Source: Candidatus Omnitrophota bacterium
GTDB taxonomy: Bacteria > Omnitrophota > Gorgyraeia > Duberdicusellales > 4484-171
Direction of reading: 5' to 3'
Assembly (NCBI GenBank): GCA_003154195.1
Contig: PMCS01000029.1
Span: 24,142-88,141 of the forward strand
DNA: 64,000 bases
The translations under genes and the position numbers were made by a program. This document shows positions 38,859 to 49,546 of this stretch, piece by piece; positions within the stretch are counted from its first letter, which is position 1, and each line of letters starts with the position of its first letter. The notes below the pieces were generated by a model. That model worked only from the letters and a program-made list of their open reading frames with translations. It did not search any database and was not told the DNA's origin.

Positions 38859-39242
38859 TTACCCCTCCCATTTTAAAGTAAACTCTCTGCCGTCTCTTTC
38901 TAAAATAACAGTATTCTTTTCAATCTTCTTTATTTTATATCCCTGAAAAATACCGCTTTCCTTATACATCTCATTATTGATTATCGCAACGCTTCCCTCT
39001 TGTGAATAGATTATACCTTGCAATAGAGAATCCCCCAGTTCTTTTTTTTCTTTGATCAATACTTCGCCCCGTTCGTTTACCAATGGCCGCATGGGATCGC
39101 GGTCCTTTAAAGAAGAGTAGGGGTACTTAAATTCCTGGGCATCTAAAATAAAATGAACCGCCAGTAACAAGCCCGCGATAAAAAAATATAGCGCGCACCT
39201 TTTTATCCCGTTTGAGTTGACCTTGCGTCTTTTTCCCAACAT
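38859..39242 (-). CDS. PilP/GspB-like small protein
   Basis: RDPMRP and LQGIIYS...AIIN; position between pilO and secretin. Confidence 0.65.
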   Translation of the reverse strand: MLGKRRKVNSNGIKRCALYFFIAGLLLAVHFILDAQEFKYPYSSLKDRDPMRPLVNERGEVLIKEKKELGDSLLQGIIYSQEGSVAIINNEMYKESGIFQGYKIKKIEKNTVILERDGREFTLKWEG

Positions 39243-39279
39243 ATTCTACCTTCGGTTTATTATCAAAAATACCCAATGT

Positions 39280-39364
39280 AGTTTCAGAGTATCAAAGTAT
39301 CATAGCGTCAAAGTTGAATTCCTGTAACGCTCTGACGCTATGACGCTATGAAGCCCTGACACTC
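39280..39364. repeat. Family F 8-mer palindrome
   Basis: AGYRTCAR / YTGACGCT units. Confidence 0.88.
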
Positions 39365-39374
39365 TTAGCGCATC

Positions 39375-39914
39375 TCAATCCCTCAGCAACGCCGTAAGCG
39401 AGATACTTATTTCGTGATAAGGATTAGCTGCTCTAATCGAAAGCTCTTTTACCAGAAGGGAATAAGGCCCCGTTTCAACCAGATTGAGAAACTGCCCTAA
39501 ATTATGGAAACCCGCTCTCCCTTCCATTTTTAACGGCAGATAAAAAAATTTGCTTTCGCCGATTGTTTTAGCTTCCTGCAATTTTCCCGAAACGATTTCT
39601 TGCGCGTCAAAATTAGTTTCTTTTGCTTTACTGGAAAGAAATACCGAAATCGCCGAAGTGTCGCCGGTGGAAGCGATTTTATTTTCCCGATCCGCTATTT
39701 CCTTATTTATCCTGATCTTTTCATCGAAAAGAGAAACTTCCCGTATCGCTTCCTGCTCAAAAAGATTTATTTTTTTCTTAAGGTCGCCAGCCTGGAGGTT
39801 TACCTTTATAATCTTTTGAACTTGCAGCGGTAAAACCGCCGCCAGGTCGAACAGCAAAACTATATAAAAAGAAGCGTAGACAATTGTTTTTTTATTCAGT
39901 TTTAATTTTTGCAT
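39375..39914 (-). CDS. pilO: PilO-like protein
   Basis: TM plus coiled coil; FHNLGQFL; gene order. Confidence 0.8.
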   Translation of the reverse strand: MQKLKLNKKTIVYASFYIVLLFDLAAVLPLQVQKIIKVNLQAGDLKKKINLFEQEAIREVSLFDEKIRINKEIADRENKIASTGDTSAISVFLSSKAKETNFDAQEIVSGKLQEAKTIGESKFFYLPLKMEGRAGFHNLGQFLNLVETGPYSLLVKELSIRAANPYHEISISLTALLRD

Positions 39915-40462
39915 TCGACCTCGAATCTCATGACTTCCGTGCCGGATAGATAATTTTTGCGGGAATTCTTTAGACTAATATTTTTAAATATCCCGGCAAA
40001 CTTCTCTTTCTTCAAATTCCGGATAAATTCTTGTATTGATGCCAGGTAATCATCTTTCCCCCGCACGGCATAGCCCACAAAATTAAAGGAATTTCCTTTA
40101 AGGTTTATTTCCTCAAGCCATATATTTTCCGGCAACGACTTAAAAAGATCCGCCAGTATCTGGGAAACGCTAATCCCCGAACCCGCCAAATTTTGATAGT
40201 CGGTTTGTTTATTTCTTAAACCATCGACCTCTTTTTTTAAAGTGCTTAACGCTTCGGATTTAGGAATCAAGCTTTTCCATTTTTTGCTTAAATCGTTGCG
40301 CGCCGATAAAGCGAAGGTTGTAAAAACAAATAAAACAATATTCAAAAGCATGACGCCGCATAATGTTAAAAATACAGCGGGCAAAAATTTCTCCAATAAA
40401 TCGATAAGCTTATCGTCCCCGTTGCCGGTATAAGGATAGAGATTAATATCTATTTTTTTCAT
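39902..40462 (-). CDS. pilN: PilN-like protein
   Basis: INLYP, LPENIWL. Confidence 0.85.
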   Translation of the reverse strand: MKKIDINLYPYTGNGDDKLIDLLEKFLPAVFLTLCGVMLLNIVLFVFTTFALSARNDLSKKWKSLIPKSEALSTLKKEVDGLRNKQTDYQNLAGSGISVSQILADLFKSLPENIWLEEINLKGNSFNFVGYAVRGKDDYLASIQEFIRNLKKEKFAGIFKNISLKNSRKNYLSGTEVMRFEVECKN

Positions 40463-41466
40463 ACCGCCATACCTAAGCTTACCCCAAGCATCTCCTTAAA
40501 CTTCAACATTGTTTCGTCGGGATTAAAATTAGACCCTTCTAAAGGGTTCCAAATTTTTACCTCCACGCCTAAAGAATTATTCATAATCTTATCGATGCCT
40601 GGCAGTTTGGATAACCCCCCGGTCACATAAAGCGATTGAATACGGCTTCCCCAATTCACTTCAAAATAATCCAGAGAATTTTTTACTTCTTCAGAAAGCT
40701 CTAAAACCATTTCCTCGATTACTTCAATGATTTCGCTTATTTCGCCGACCGACGATTTTTCATCCGCCTGAATAATCATATTCTCCGCAGCCGCTACGTC
40801 GATATTTTTTATTTTTGCTATTCTTTGCAAAAATTCGCCGGCGGACACTTTTATCTCCCTGCTTAGACAAGGCATCCCTTTTTTGAACATATTAAAAAGA
40901 GTGGAATTAAAACCGATATCAAGCACGGCCGCCGTCGAATCCGCGAAAAACGAATTCATAAATAAATTAATCAGAGCCAGGTTGTTCAGGGTTATCGCCT
41001 TAAGATTAATCTTAGCGGCTTGAAAATCCTTTATGAGCGAATCCAAGAAACTCTTTTTCACTACCGCCAGAAGGACAAAGATTTCATGGGAAGAATAATT
41101 TTCATCTAAGACAGAAACATCAAAGTAAACATCATCCTTATTAAACGGCATAAACTTAGAGATCTCATAACCAAAAACTTCTTTGAGATTCTTTTTATCA
41201 ACCTTGGGAAAAGGAGTATATCGTATAAGCGTATCTTGCCCTTTCACGGCTAATTTAACGGGTTTATACGATAATCTTTCTTTTTCCAGCCATTCGCCAA
41301 TTATTCTTATGGGTTCGCCTTTGTTTTTTTCCGCAAGAAATTTGCAGTTATTATTTTCGTCCTTATAAATAGCCTTAATATACCCACCGCCTAAATCAAT
41401 AACTACCTTGGTAGTTTCTTCTTTTTTTAGAATTTTATTGAATATTTGTGTAAGTGTATCCAGCAT
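40459..41466 (-). CDS. pilM: PilM-like protein
   Basis: IDLG, LDIG, SLDYF, TGG, WNP. Confidence 0.88.
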   Translation of the reverse strand: MLDTLTQIFNKILKKEETTKVVIDLGGGYIKAIYKDENNNCKFLAEKNKGEPIRIIGEWLEKERLSYKPVKLAVKGQDTLIRYTPFPKVDKKNLKEVFGYEISKFMPFNKDDVYFDVSVLDENYSSHEIFVLLAVVKKSFLDSLIKDFQAAKINLKAITLNNLALINLFMNSFFADSTAAVLDIGFNSTLFNMFKKGMPCLSREIKVSAGEFLQRIAKIKNIDVAAAENMIIQADEKSSVGEISEIIEVIEEMVLELSEEVKNSLDYFEVNWGSRIQSLYVTGGLSKLPGIDKIMNNSLGVEVKIWNPLEGSNFNPDETMLKFKEMLGVSLGMAV

Positions 41467-41476
41467 AATTATTTTT

Positions 41477-41505
41477 ATCTTACAATATAAACGTTAAAAT
41501 TGCAA
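41477..41505 (-). promoter_or_regulatory. Promoter of pilM operon (near-leaderless)
   Basis: TTGCAA-17 nt-TAAGAT ending 10 nt before ATG. Confidence 0.55.
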
Positions 41506-41713
41506 GTAACTTCCATTTAATTGGGAAAATGGCATTTTCCCAATTAATGCCGGCAATAGTTTTGTTCGCGGGTAACCGCCGTAATCTCCTCGTAGAGAAT
41601 TATTTATTATCAATATCACCAAAAATAATTAGGCATCATGATATATAACCCAACTCCTTAAACCGCAATAAGTTATGCGTACAACAATATTATGAAAAAA
41701 ATTCAACTTAGGG

Positions 41714-41742
41714 TTGACAAAACCATGTTTATATGTTATCTT
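41714..41742 (+). promoter_or_regulatory. Pilin promoter
   Basis: TTGACA-17 nt-TATCTT with TG extension. Confidence 0.65.
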
Positions 41743-41760
41743 CTAATTGGAAAGAAGGAA

Positions 41761-41888
41761 GAGTTCTTTGGACAAAAGTTACTTAAGGTTGCGTATATTT
41801 CCTAAGGTTGCCCGGTGTTGCATTAAAAACGCAATACTGCCGTAATCTTAGGAAACCTTAAGTAACCTCAGGAACTTTAAGAAACCTA
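41761..41888. repeat. Family L 9-mer-arm palindrome in pilin 5' UTR
   Basis: GTTACTTAAGG...TTTCCTAAGGTTGC / GTAATCTTAGGAAA-CCTTAAGTAAC. Confidence 0.75.
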
Positions 41889-41906
41889 AAAAAAGGGAGG
41901 TGCTTT

Positions 41907-42365
41907 ATGTTGAAGAGAAAAGGGTTTACGCTCGTGGAAATCATGATTGTTGTAGCGATTATTGCGCTATTAGCGGCAATCGCCATCCCCAACTTGCTGC
42001 GCGCCCGGCTTAACGCCAACGAAAGCGCGGCCATCGCAGCGATGCAGACTCTCGTAAGCTCGGCAACCAGCTTTAGGGCAGCCAACCCGCAATATCCCAC
42101 TAATTTAGGATGCCTTACTGCCGTTGCCCCCCCTTACATTGACACGCAGTTGGGATGCGCAAACGCAACTTGTTTAAAGCAAGGCTATAACTTCGCGTTG
42201 GTCGGCGCAACCAACAGCTTTACCGCTACAGCTCAACCGGAAAATACGGGAATCACCGGCGTCCGGAGTTTCTTTGTTGACTCCAGCGGCGTCATTAGAT
42301 ATTGCACGGGAACCACCGGATCACCCTGCACCGCCACCAATGCGTCGGACATTTTGAATAATTAA
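41907..42365 (+). CDS. Type IV pilin
   Basis: KG/FTLVE class III signal peptide; own promoter, GGAGG SD and terminator. Confidence 0.93.
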   Translation: MLKRKGFTLVEIMIVVAIIALLAAIAIPNLLRARLNANESAAIAAMQTLVSSATSFRAANPQYPTNLGCLTAVAPPYIDTQLGCANATCLKQGYNFALVGATNSFTATAQPENTGITGVRSFFVDSSGVIRYCTGTTGSPCTATNASDILNN

Positions 42366-42372
42366 ATATCAT

Positions 42373-42406
42373 AAAAAAGGGAAGCCTTCGGGCTTCCCTT
42401 TTTTTC
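42373..42406 (+). terminator. Intrinsic terminator
   Basis: AAAAAAGGGAAGCC-TTCG-GGCTTCCCTTTTTTT. Confidence 0.9.
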
Positions 42407-42605
42407 TGTTACCCCGAAAATACCGGCAGACAGCGTTTATCGATAAGCCCTCGCCCAAAATAGGACAACATCATATTTTTAGATAGTTTTTTATATCGTC
42501 TTATTATATAATAAGTTTGTTGAAATATAACGCCCGTCAATTGCCGGGCGTTCATAGCCTAAAATAACAATTACTAAATAACTTCTTTTTTTACCCGCTA
42601 AACAT

Positions 42606-43160
42606 ATGGATATCGGAAAAAAAATACGCACCCTACGAGGTAACATGAGCCAGGACGAACTGGCCCGCCGGTCCAAAGTAGACAAAGCGATCATCAGTAA
42701 AATCGAAAACGGCAAGATGAACGGCACGATTGCTTGCCACACTAAGATCGCCTCGGCCTTCGGCATGAAACTTTCGGAATTCTATGCGCATCTTGAAAAC
42801 GATAACCGTGAGCCGGCGGCATTGCATCCGGCAAATTTAAAAACTGATGTCTATCAAGATTTTCTGGAAATCCTTACCGTTATTCCTTTAGCAAAAAGGA
42901 TGCTCCCCGTTTTTATTACCGTAAAAGAAAACCAGACGCAATATCTGGAAGAAACCATTAAAAAAGTAGAACGGTTTATTATAATTTTGGAAGGCGAGGT
43001 AGAAATCGAAATAGAAGAAAAAAAATATCTCCTCGGCAAGGAAGATAAAAATGAGAAAGGCGACAGCCTTTATTCTTTAAGCCAGGGCCGGCACGCCATC
43101 AAAAATATAGGCACCGCAACAGCAAAACTTTTATGCGTCAGCGTGCCGCCAGTATTATAA
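42606..43160 (+). CDS. XRE-family HTH regulator with cupin domain
   Basis: MSQDELA...ISKIENG; C-terminal cupin. Confidence 0.88.
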   Translation: MDIGKKIRTLRGNMSQDELARRSKVDKAIISKIENGKMNGTIACHTKIASAFGMKLSEFYAHLENDNREPAALHPANLKTDVYQDFLEILTVIPLAKRMLPVFITVKENQTQYLEETIKKVERFIIILEGEVEIEIEEKKYLLGKEDKNEKGDSLYSLSQGRHAIKNIGTATAKLLCVSVPPVL

Positions 43161-43164
43161 TAAA

Positions 43165-43283
43165 AGGTTAAGGCTAAGGTTACGAAACCGGTTTGGGTAA
43201 GGGCAAGGGTTAGGGCTAAAAAATATTTTAAAACCGTTACCTTAACCCTAACCTATACTGGCTTCGTTACCATTACCCTAACC
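43165..43283. repeat. Family D palindrome
   Basis: Colinear with 12228-12350, including the AAAAAATATTTT centre. Confidence 0.9.
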
Positions 43284-43303
43284 GAGTTTTTAAGGGGGTA
43301 AAC

Positions 43304-43669
43304 ATGGAAAAGATAAAGATACTGATATGCGAAGATGAAGTGACTTCGCAAAAAGCGATAAAAAATATACTGGCCAAGAGGAAATATGAAGTTTATACGG
43401 CACAAGACGGCGAGGAAGCTTTAGGCAAAGCTAAAACATTGGGCCCGGATTTGATTATTCTCGACATCCGCATGCCTAAAATCGACGGGATTGAAGTATT
43501 GAAAGAAATTAGAAAATTTAACGCGGGAGTAAAAATAATTATCGTTACCGCTTTTCAAAGCCCTCAAATATCCCAGGAAGCCGCTAAATACAATATCTTC
43601 GATTATATCGTAAAACCTCTATCGGGAGAAAAACTGATTGAGGTTGTGGAAAAAGCCCTCCAAAGATAA
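43304..43669 (+). CDS. Single-domain response regulator
   Basis: EDE, LDIRMP, TA, KP. Confidence 0.92.
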   Translation: MEKIKILICEDEVTSQKAIKNILAKRKYEVYTAQDGEEALGKAKTLGPDLIILDIRMPKIDGIEVLKEIRKFNAGVKIIIVTAFQSPQISQEAAKYNIFDYIVKPLSGEKLIEVVEKALQR

Positions 43670-43884
43670 TATCCCTTCAAAATAAATATTCCTTCGGAAT
43701 ATTTATTTTTGTTGACCGGAAAAATGCGTGAAACTGCATTTTTCCGGTTCGAAGAAAAACTTATAAATTTTCATAAAAATTTGGCTTCAGAAGTATTCCA
43801 ATCAAAGGGAAAGCATGAAAACCGCAGGTTTTCATATGCCTAATTTGGACGAGCTTTTTTGTCTTTGCTTGTGGCTCGTCCAAA

Positions 43885-45090
43885 TTAGTGGCCGAGCATG
43901 GTGGTTATCGAAATAATCGGCAAGAACAGCGCGACCACGATCCCGCCGATCACTATTCCTAAAAATCCTATAACCAAAGGCTCGATAAGACTGGTAAGGC
44001 TGGAAATGACGGCTTCGGTTTGCTCTTCATAAAATTCGGCAATTTTAGAAAGCATTGCCTCAAGCTTGCCCGTCGTTTCTCCGACGCCGATCATCTTTAC
44101 TACCATGGGAGGAAAAACCTTGCTTTCTTCCAAGGGAACGGAAATAGGTACGCCTTCCTGTATTGATTTCTTGGCTTTTATCACCGCCTCTTCAATTACT
44201 TTATTCCCGCTGGTTTTAGCTACTATTTCTAGAGAGTTTACGATGGGGACGCCGCTACGCACCAGAGTTGCGAAAGTCCTGGCGAATTGAGCGATGCTTA
44301 TTTTTTTGATGATATCTCCGGCAATGGGCAATCTAATTAAAAATTTATGGTAGTTCATTTTGCCCCTGGGCGTGGAAACGTATTTTTTAAAAGCGACTAC
44401 GGCGATGACAAAAACTACAACCAATAACAAAAACTGCTTTCGCATTATATCGGAAAAACCCACCAGGATCTGGGTGGGAAGCGGGAGCTTTCCGCCTAAG
44501 GTCGCGAAGATGCCTTTAAAAGTCGGGATGACTTTTAAAATTAAAAAACCGGTTATCCCTATTGCCATAAGGATTACCACTGCCGGATAAGTAAGGCTGG
44601 ATATTATCTTTCTTCTAAGAGCGCTGGATTTTTCCAGATAAACGGACAAACGCTCCAGAATCTCCGGCAGATTACCCGAACTTTCCGCCGCCTCTACCAT
44701 GCTGACATATAATTCAGAAAAAATCTTCGGGTACTTGGCGATTGCCGCGGCAAAACTTGAGCCTTCGCGTAAATCTTTTAAAATTGCCGCGATAACTTTT
44801 TTAAAATAGGGGTTTTCCACTTGCTGATACAAAATATCCAAAGCGCCGACAATGGGAATACTGCTCTCGATTAACGTAGTAAGTTGGCGGGAAAAAATTA
44901 CCAGTTCATCAACCTTTACCTTTCCTTTGGTAGCCGACTTAAGTTTACCGGCTTTCGCCTCCTGTAAAGATAAAACCATATGCCTCTGGGTATGCAAAAG
45001 CTCGATGGCTTTATTCTGGGATTCCGCTTCAAGGCTGCCCTTTAAAACATGGCCGTCTTTATTACGTATGGTATAAGAAAATAAACTCAT
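43885..45090 (-). CDS. pilC: PilC/GspF platform protein
   Basis: FSRQL, ESSGNL, GETTGKL, IEP. Confidence 0.93.
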   Translation of the reverse strand: MSLFSYTIRNKDGHVLKGSLEAESQNKAIELLHTQRHMVLSLQEAKAGKLKSATKGKVKVDELVIFSRQLTTLIESSIPIVGALDILYQQVENPYFKKVIAAILKDLREGSSFAAAIAKYPKIFSELYVSMVEAAESSGNLPEILERLSVYLEKSSALRRKIISSLTYPAVVILMAIGITGFLILKVIPTFKGIFATLGGKLPLPTQILVGFSDIMRKQFLLLVVVFVIAVVAFKKYVSTPRGKMNYHKFLIRLPIAGDIIKKISIAQFARTFATLVRSGVPIVNSLEIVAKTSGNKVIEEAVIKAKKSIQEGVPISVPLEESKVFPPMVVKMIGVGETTGKLEAMLSKIAEFYEEQTEAVISSLTSLIEPLVIGFLGIVIGGIVVALFLPIISITTMLGH

Positions 45091-45128
45091 CCGCTTTACT
45101 CCAATTTTGATAATAAAACCAATACGAA

Positions 45129-45188
45129 AGTGTCAGAGCGTCAGAGTATTAGAACACCTAAACTTTGACCCTATGACACTTTGACGCT
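45129..45188. repeat. Family F 8-mer palindrome
   Basis: AGTGTCAG.../...TTGACGCT. Confidence 0.85.
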
Positions 45189-45195
45189 AATCTAA

Positions 45196-46890
45196 TTACC
45201 CCGCAACCCTTAACACTTCTTCCAGAGTCGTAATGCCTTCGATACATTTCTTAAACCCGTCTTCTTTTAAGGAAAGGAAACTTCTTTTCTTCCTGGCATA
45301 ATCCGTAATTTCGTCCTCCGAGTTTTTCTTTAAAATCATCGTTCTAATTGTATCATCAAACGATAAAATTTCCAAGAGGGCAATTCTTCCCCGATAACCG
45401 GTACGATTGCAAAAACTACACCCGGCCGGCCGATAAAGTTCTTCTACCGGTTCTAAATTCAACCTCTCCAGGAGCTTTTGATCCGTTTTTTCTTTAATTT
45501 TACACTTCGTGCAAAGCCTTCGGGCCAGGCGCTGCGCGGTAGTAGCAATCATCGAAGACGCCACAAGAAAAGGCTCTATCCCCATATCAACCAAACGGGT
45601 TATCGCTCCGACGGAATTATTGGTATGCAGCGTCGAAAAGATAAATTCGCCGGTCAGCGAAGCCTTGATGGCGATATCCGCAGTTTCCGCGTCCCTTATC
45701 TCGCCGACCATAATAATATCCGGGGACTGGCGCAGGACACTGCGCAGGCTTGAAGAAAAATTCAAGCCGATTTCCGGTTTTACCTGTATTTGCGTTATCC
45801 CTTCGATTTGATATTCCACCGGATCCTCAATGGTAACGATGTTTTTTTCCGCATTGTTAAGCTGGTTGATTATTGAATAAAGGGTCGTGGATTTACCGCT
45901 GCCGGTCGGCCCGGTCACCAGAATTATCCCGAACGGCGCCTCCAAAGATTCTTCGAATAATTTCTGCGGTACCGGCGAAAACCCTAAGTTTTTAATCCCC
46001 ATGGCAAGGCTTTCTTTATCAAGTATGCGCAGTACTATTTTTTCTCCGAAATTGCCGGGAAGGCTGGAAACACGAAAGTCTATTTCCCGGTTTTCGAATT
46101 TAATCTTAAACCGGCCGTCTTGAGGCACCCTGAACTCCGTAATATTTAATGAAGACATTATTTTAAGCCGGGCCAGGATACCGCCTTGATTTTTTTTGGG
46201 CAGGCTAAACCCGTGATGGAGAACTCCGTCGATGCGGTATCTCACCGATAAATCTTTTTGTGTAGGTTCAATGTGGATATCGCTTGCCCTTCTTTTCAAA
46301 CCCTCATAAATCATCAGATCTACGACTCTTACTACGGGGGGAAGTTTGCTTTCGCTGATCATCCCCTCTAAACCCTGGTCGTCCTTAAGCGAAATATCTT
46401 TTATCGCTACATCGTCGTCGTTGATATCATTTTCCTCCACGAGAGGAGCAATTGTTGTTTCCGAATACAAACTATTAAGGTACTTGGTTATTTTTTCTTC
46501 TTTGGACAAAACCAAATCAATCTTTTTAAAACCCGCGGTTATTCTAAGATCATCCAAGGTAATAACATCCAGGGGATTAGCGGTAGCGACGGTCAAAACG
46601 TCACCGATTTTAGATATCGGCAAAACTCTGTAGCGAAAGGATAATTCTTTCGACAGAAAATTTTTGTTCTCATTCGAAATACGATATTTATCCAAATCCA
46701 TATAAGGTATTTTGTATTCCCGGGATAACACAATAAGGATATCTTCTTCGCTGATGATATTATTTTTGATTAGCTTTTCTTTAAACTCACGGAAGCTAAC
46801 GGATCCCCGGTCGATTTCCCGAACCAGGTCTTCTTTTGCTTTCTTATGAGCTATGATGTAACGCACTATTCTTTCTTTTAATGATTCCAT
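45196..46890 (-). CDS. pilB: PilB/GspE ATPase
   Basis: GPTGSGKST, EDPVE, GEIRD, STLHTN, CxxC pairs. Confidence 0.93.
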   Translation of the reverse strand: MESLKERIVRYIIAHKKAKEDLVREIDRGSVSFREFKEKLIKNNIISEEDILIVLSREYKIPYMDLDKYRISNENKNFLSKELSFRYRVLPISKIGDVLTVATANPLDVITLDDLRITAGFKKIDLVLSKEEKITKYLNSLYSETTIAPLVEENDINDDDVAIKDISLKDDQGLEGMISESKLPPVVRVVDLMIYEGLKRRASDIHIEPTQKDLSVRYRIDGVLHHGFSLPKKNQGGILARLKIMSSLNITEFRVPQDGRFKIKFENREIDFRVSSLPGNFGEKIVLRILDKESLAMGIKNLGFSPVPQKLFEESLEAPFGIILVTGPTGSGKSTTLYSIINQLNNAEKNIVTIEDPVEYQIEGITQIQVKPEIGLNFSSSLRSVLRQSPDIIMVGEIRDAETADIAIKASLTGEFIFSTLHTNNSVGAITRLVDMGIEPFLVASSMIATTAQRLARRLCTKCKIKEKTDQKLLERLNLEPVEELYRPAGCSFCNRTGYRGRIALLEILSFDDTIRTMILKKNSEDEITDYARKKRSFLSLKEDGFKKCIEGITTLEEVLRVAG

Positions 46891-46892
46891 AC

Positions 46893-47021
46893 GGCAATTA
46901 AGGAAATTAAGGTATCGGGGAATTAGGAATTGGAAATTAGGGCACTGGGTTATTGGGCAACAACCCTAATCCACTAATTTCCCGATCCCCAAATCCTGAT
47001 AGCCTAATCCCCTGATCTCCT
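46893..47021. repeat. Family J palindrome
   Basis: GGNAATTA-type left arm; complementary CCTAATCC-type right arm. Confidence 0.75.
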
Positions 47022-47046
47022 CTCAAAAAATACCTGTGCTCTCAAG

Positions 47047-48747
47047 TTAGCTCTCATCGCCGACCGTCGCCCTAACGACTTCTTCCAGGCTGGTCAACCC
47101 TTTTTCTACTTTCAAAATACCGTCGGACCTGAGCGTTCTCATGCCGTTGCTGATCGCTTCTCTTTTTATCGTATGCTCATCCGAATCTTCTCCTACCAAC
47201 CGGCGTAACGACGAATCCATATGCAAATATTCGATTAACGCTACTCTTCCTTTATACCCGGTCTGATAGCAGAATTTACAACCCCGGGGTTTATAAACAA
47301 CGGCATCGTTTTTTATCTTATATTTTACCCTTGCCGCATCATCCAGGTTATTGGTTTCTCTGCATTTCGGGCAAAGCCGTCGCACCAGGCGCTGGGCTAA
47401 AACTCCAATCAACGTTGAAGAAAGCAAAAACGGTTCAACTCCCATATTGATCAAGCGCGTAATCGAACCGCAGGCAGTAGTCGTATGCAGAGTCGATAAA
47501 ACAAGATGGCCGGTCAATGCCGCTTTTATCGCGATATCCACGGTATCAAAATCGCGGATTTCTCCCACCATAATGATATCGGGATCCTGACGTAAAATAG
47601 AACGCAAGGCGGCGGGAAAAGTAAGCTCAACTTCATAATTCACATTAACCTGGTTTATACCTTCAATCTGATATTCGATAGGATCCTCTACCGTAATGAT
47701 GTTCTTTTCCGGCGAATAAATGTGGCGTAAAATTGAATATAAAGTCGTGGTTTTGCCGCAGCCGGTAGGGCCGCAGGCAAGAATCATGCCGAAGCTTGAC
47801 GTAGCATCGCCTTTGATTCTATCCGCGGTATCGCTTTCAAAACCTAATAGGTTTATATCTAAAAGCCCGGCGGATTTATCGAGAATCCTTAAAACTATTT
47901 TTTCGCCGAGGGTAGAAGGTAGAATAGAAACGCGGAAATCGATGTCGTTGCCGAAAATATTCATCCGGAAACGGCCGTCCTGAGGCAACCGGTGTTCGGT
48001 AATATTTAAATTAGCGATAACTTTAATGCGCGAAATAACAAAAGTGTGCATTTTTTTAGGAAACGCCTGCGCCTGGCGCAGCACTCCGTCAATACGATAG
48101 CGAACCCTTGAGCTATTGCCTAACGGTTCGATTAAAATATCCGAGGCTTTCTCTTCTACCGCTTTTTTTAAAATATAATTGGTGAGCTTTATAATCGGAG
48201 CTTCTTCGATGGAGCGTAAAATCTCTTCGTCTTTTACTTCTTCTTTTTCTTCGTTAATAATCTCTATGGAAGCCTGGTCTGAATCTTTTATAATTTCGTC
48301 AATGGCGTTGGCCAAAGATTCTTTGTAGTGGACATCAAATACCTGCTGCAATTCTGAACGCGAAGCGATAACCGGCGATATTTGGCAGCCGGTTATCCTT
48401 TCTAAATCTTCAAAAATTAAAACATTTAAAGGGTCGGTAACGGCAACCGTAAGGACATTGCCGATTTTGCCTACCGGTAATACCATATACTTTTTCGCGA
48501 TTGCCTTGGGGATAAGATTAAGTATTTCGGGAGCGACTTTGATGTTTGATACTTTTATAGGAGGTATGGCTAAATAGGTAGAAAGAAAAATCATTAAATC
48601 TTTTTCATCGATATAGCCTGAATTTATAAGAAGCTCGCTGAAGGAGCCTCCTTTTTGAGCATGAACCTTGTAAACATCATCAAGGCGCTCTTGAGTTATT
48701 AATCCTTTATCTACTAAAAGTTTGGTAAAATTTTTTACTTCGTCCAT
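47047..48747 (-). CDS. pilB: PilB/GspE ATPase (second paralog)
   Basis: GPTGCGKTT, EDPIE, GEIRD, STLHT. Confidence 0.93.
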   Translation of the reverse strand: MDEVKNFTKLLVDKGLITQERLDDVYKVHAQKGGSFSELLINSGYIDEKDLMIFLSTYLAIPPIKVSNIKVAPEILNLIPKAIAKKYMVLPVGKIGNVLTVAVTDPLNVLIFEDLERITGCQISPVIASRSELQQVFDVHYKESLANAIDEIIKDSDQASIEIINEEKEEVKDEEILRSIEEAPIIKLTNYILKKAVEEKASDILIEPLGNSSRVRYRIDGVLRQAQAFPKKMHTFVISRIKVIANLNITEHRLPQDGRFRMNIFGNDIDFRVSILPSTLGEKIVLRILDKSAGLLDINLLGFESDTADRIKGDATSSFGMILACGPTGCGKTTTLYSILRHIYSPEKNIITVEDPIEYQIEGINQVNVNYEVELTFPAALRSILRQDPDIIMVGEIRDFDTVDIAIKAALTGHLVLSTLHTTTACGSITRLINMGVEPFLLSSTLIGVLAQRLVRRLCPKCRETNNLDDAARVKYKIKNDAVVYKPRGCKFCYQTGYKGRVALIEYLHMDSSLRRLVGEDSDEHTIKREAISNGMRTLRSDGILKVEKGLTSLEEVVRATVGDES

Positions 48748-48874
48748 AATTTATTTTTTACTTCGTAAAAAATAAATTTATCCCTTTAATCATCTAACCT
48801 AAAATGCAACTACTTAAAGGGATAAACTTATTTTTCGCAATAATTGCGAAACAATTTGAAAGCGAAAAATAAGT

Positions 48875-49318
48875 TTATTTGTAGCATCGCTTTATCGCGT
48901 TACGTATATCGGAAGCGGTACCGACAAATACGTGTATGTCTAAAGAAGTAATATCTTCCAGATCTTCCAGCGCTTCCGCGTTTAAAGGATTAGCCATCGC
49001 CACAGTAAGGGCGTTGCCGATCTTATCAATGGGAATAAAACAATAATGCTGAGCTACGCTGGCCGGAACAAGTTTTAAAACTTCTTCGGAAATTTCGCAA
49101 TTTTCTAACGGCAGGTAAGGAAACCCGTATTGGAAGGAAATACACTGGGCGATCTCTTCTTCATTGGCGAAGTTCAATTTAACAATAATCTCGCCGATCA
49201 TCCCGCCGGTATTCATCTGAATCGTCAAAGCTTCCTTGAGCTGCTCGGGGCCGATGATGCCCCTATCCACGAGGATTTCGCCCAATAATTTTTCGGTTTT
49301 CTTTTTATTAAATCTCAT
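48875..49318 (-). CDS. Standalone MshEN/T2SSE N-terminal domain protein
   Basis: LGEILVDRGII..QL.EAL..Q; AMANPL; start reassigned because the upstream extension is repeat-derived. Confidence 0.85.
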   Translation of the reverse strand: MRFNKKKTEKLLGEILVDRGIIGPEQLKEALTIQMNTGGMIGEIIVKLNFANEEEIAQCISFQYGFPYLPLENCEISEEVLKLVPASVAQHYCFIPIDKIGNALTVAMANPLNAEALEDLEDITSLDIHVFVGTASDIRNAIKRCYK

Positions 49319-49546
49319 ATAAAAAAATTCCTTAACCTCAGTCATTCCGCGCATCGACGGAATTTTTTTATCTATTTTGTCCGCCACAAATAATAAATTA
49401 TTTAGGCGGATCAGCCTTCGGCGGAAAAACCTTCGGTTTTTTCGCCAACGACGAGACTTCGCCAAAAGTTGGAAACTTTTGGCGAGCAAACTTTCCCCTT
49501 GTAAAAATATTCTACTTCCGGCGGCGCGCTTTGCGCTTGCAGTCGG

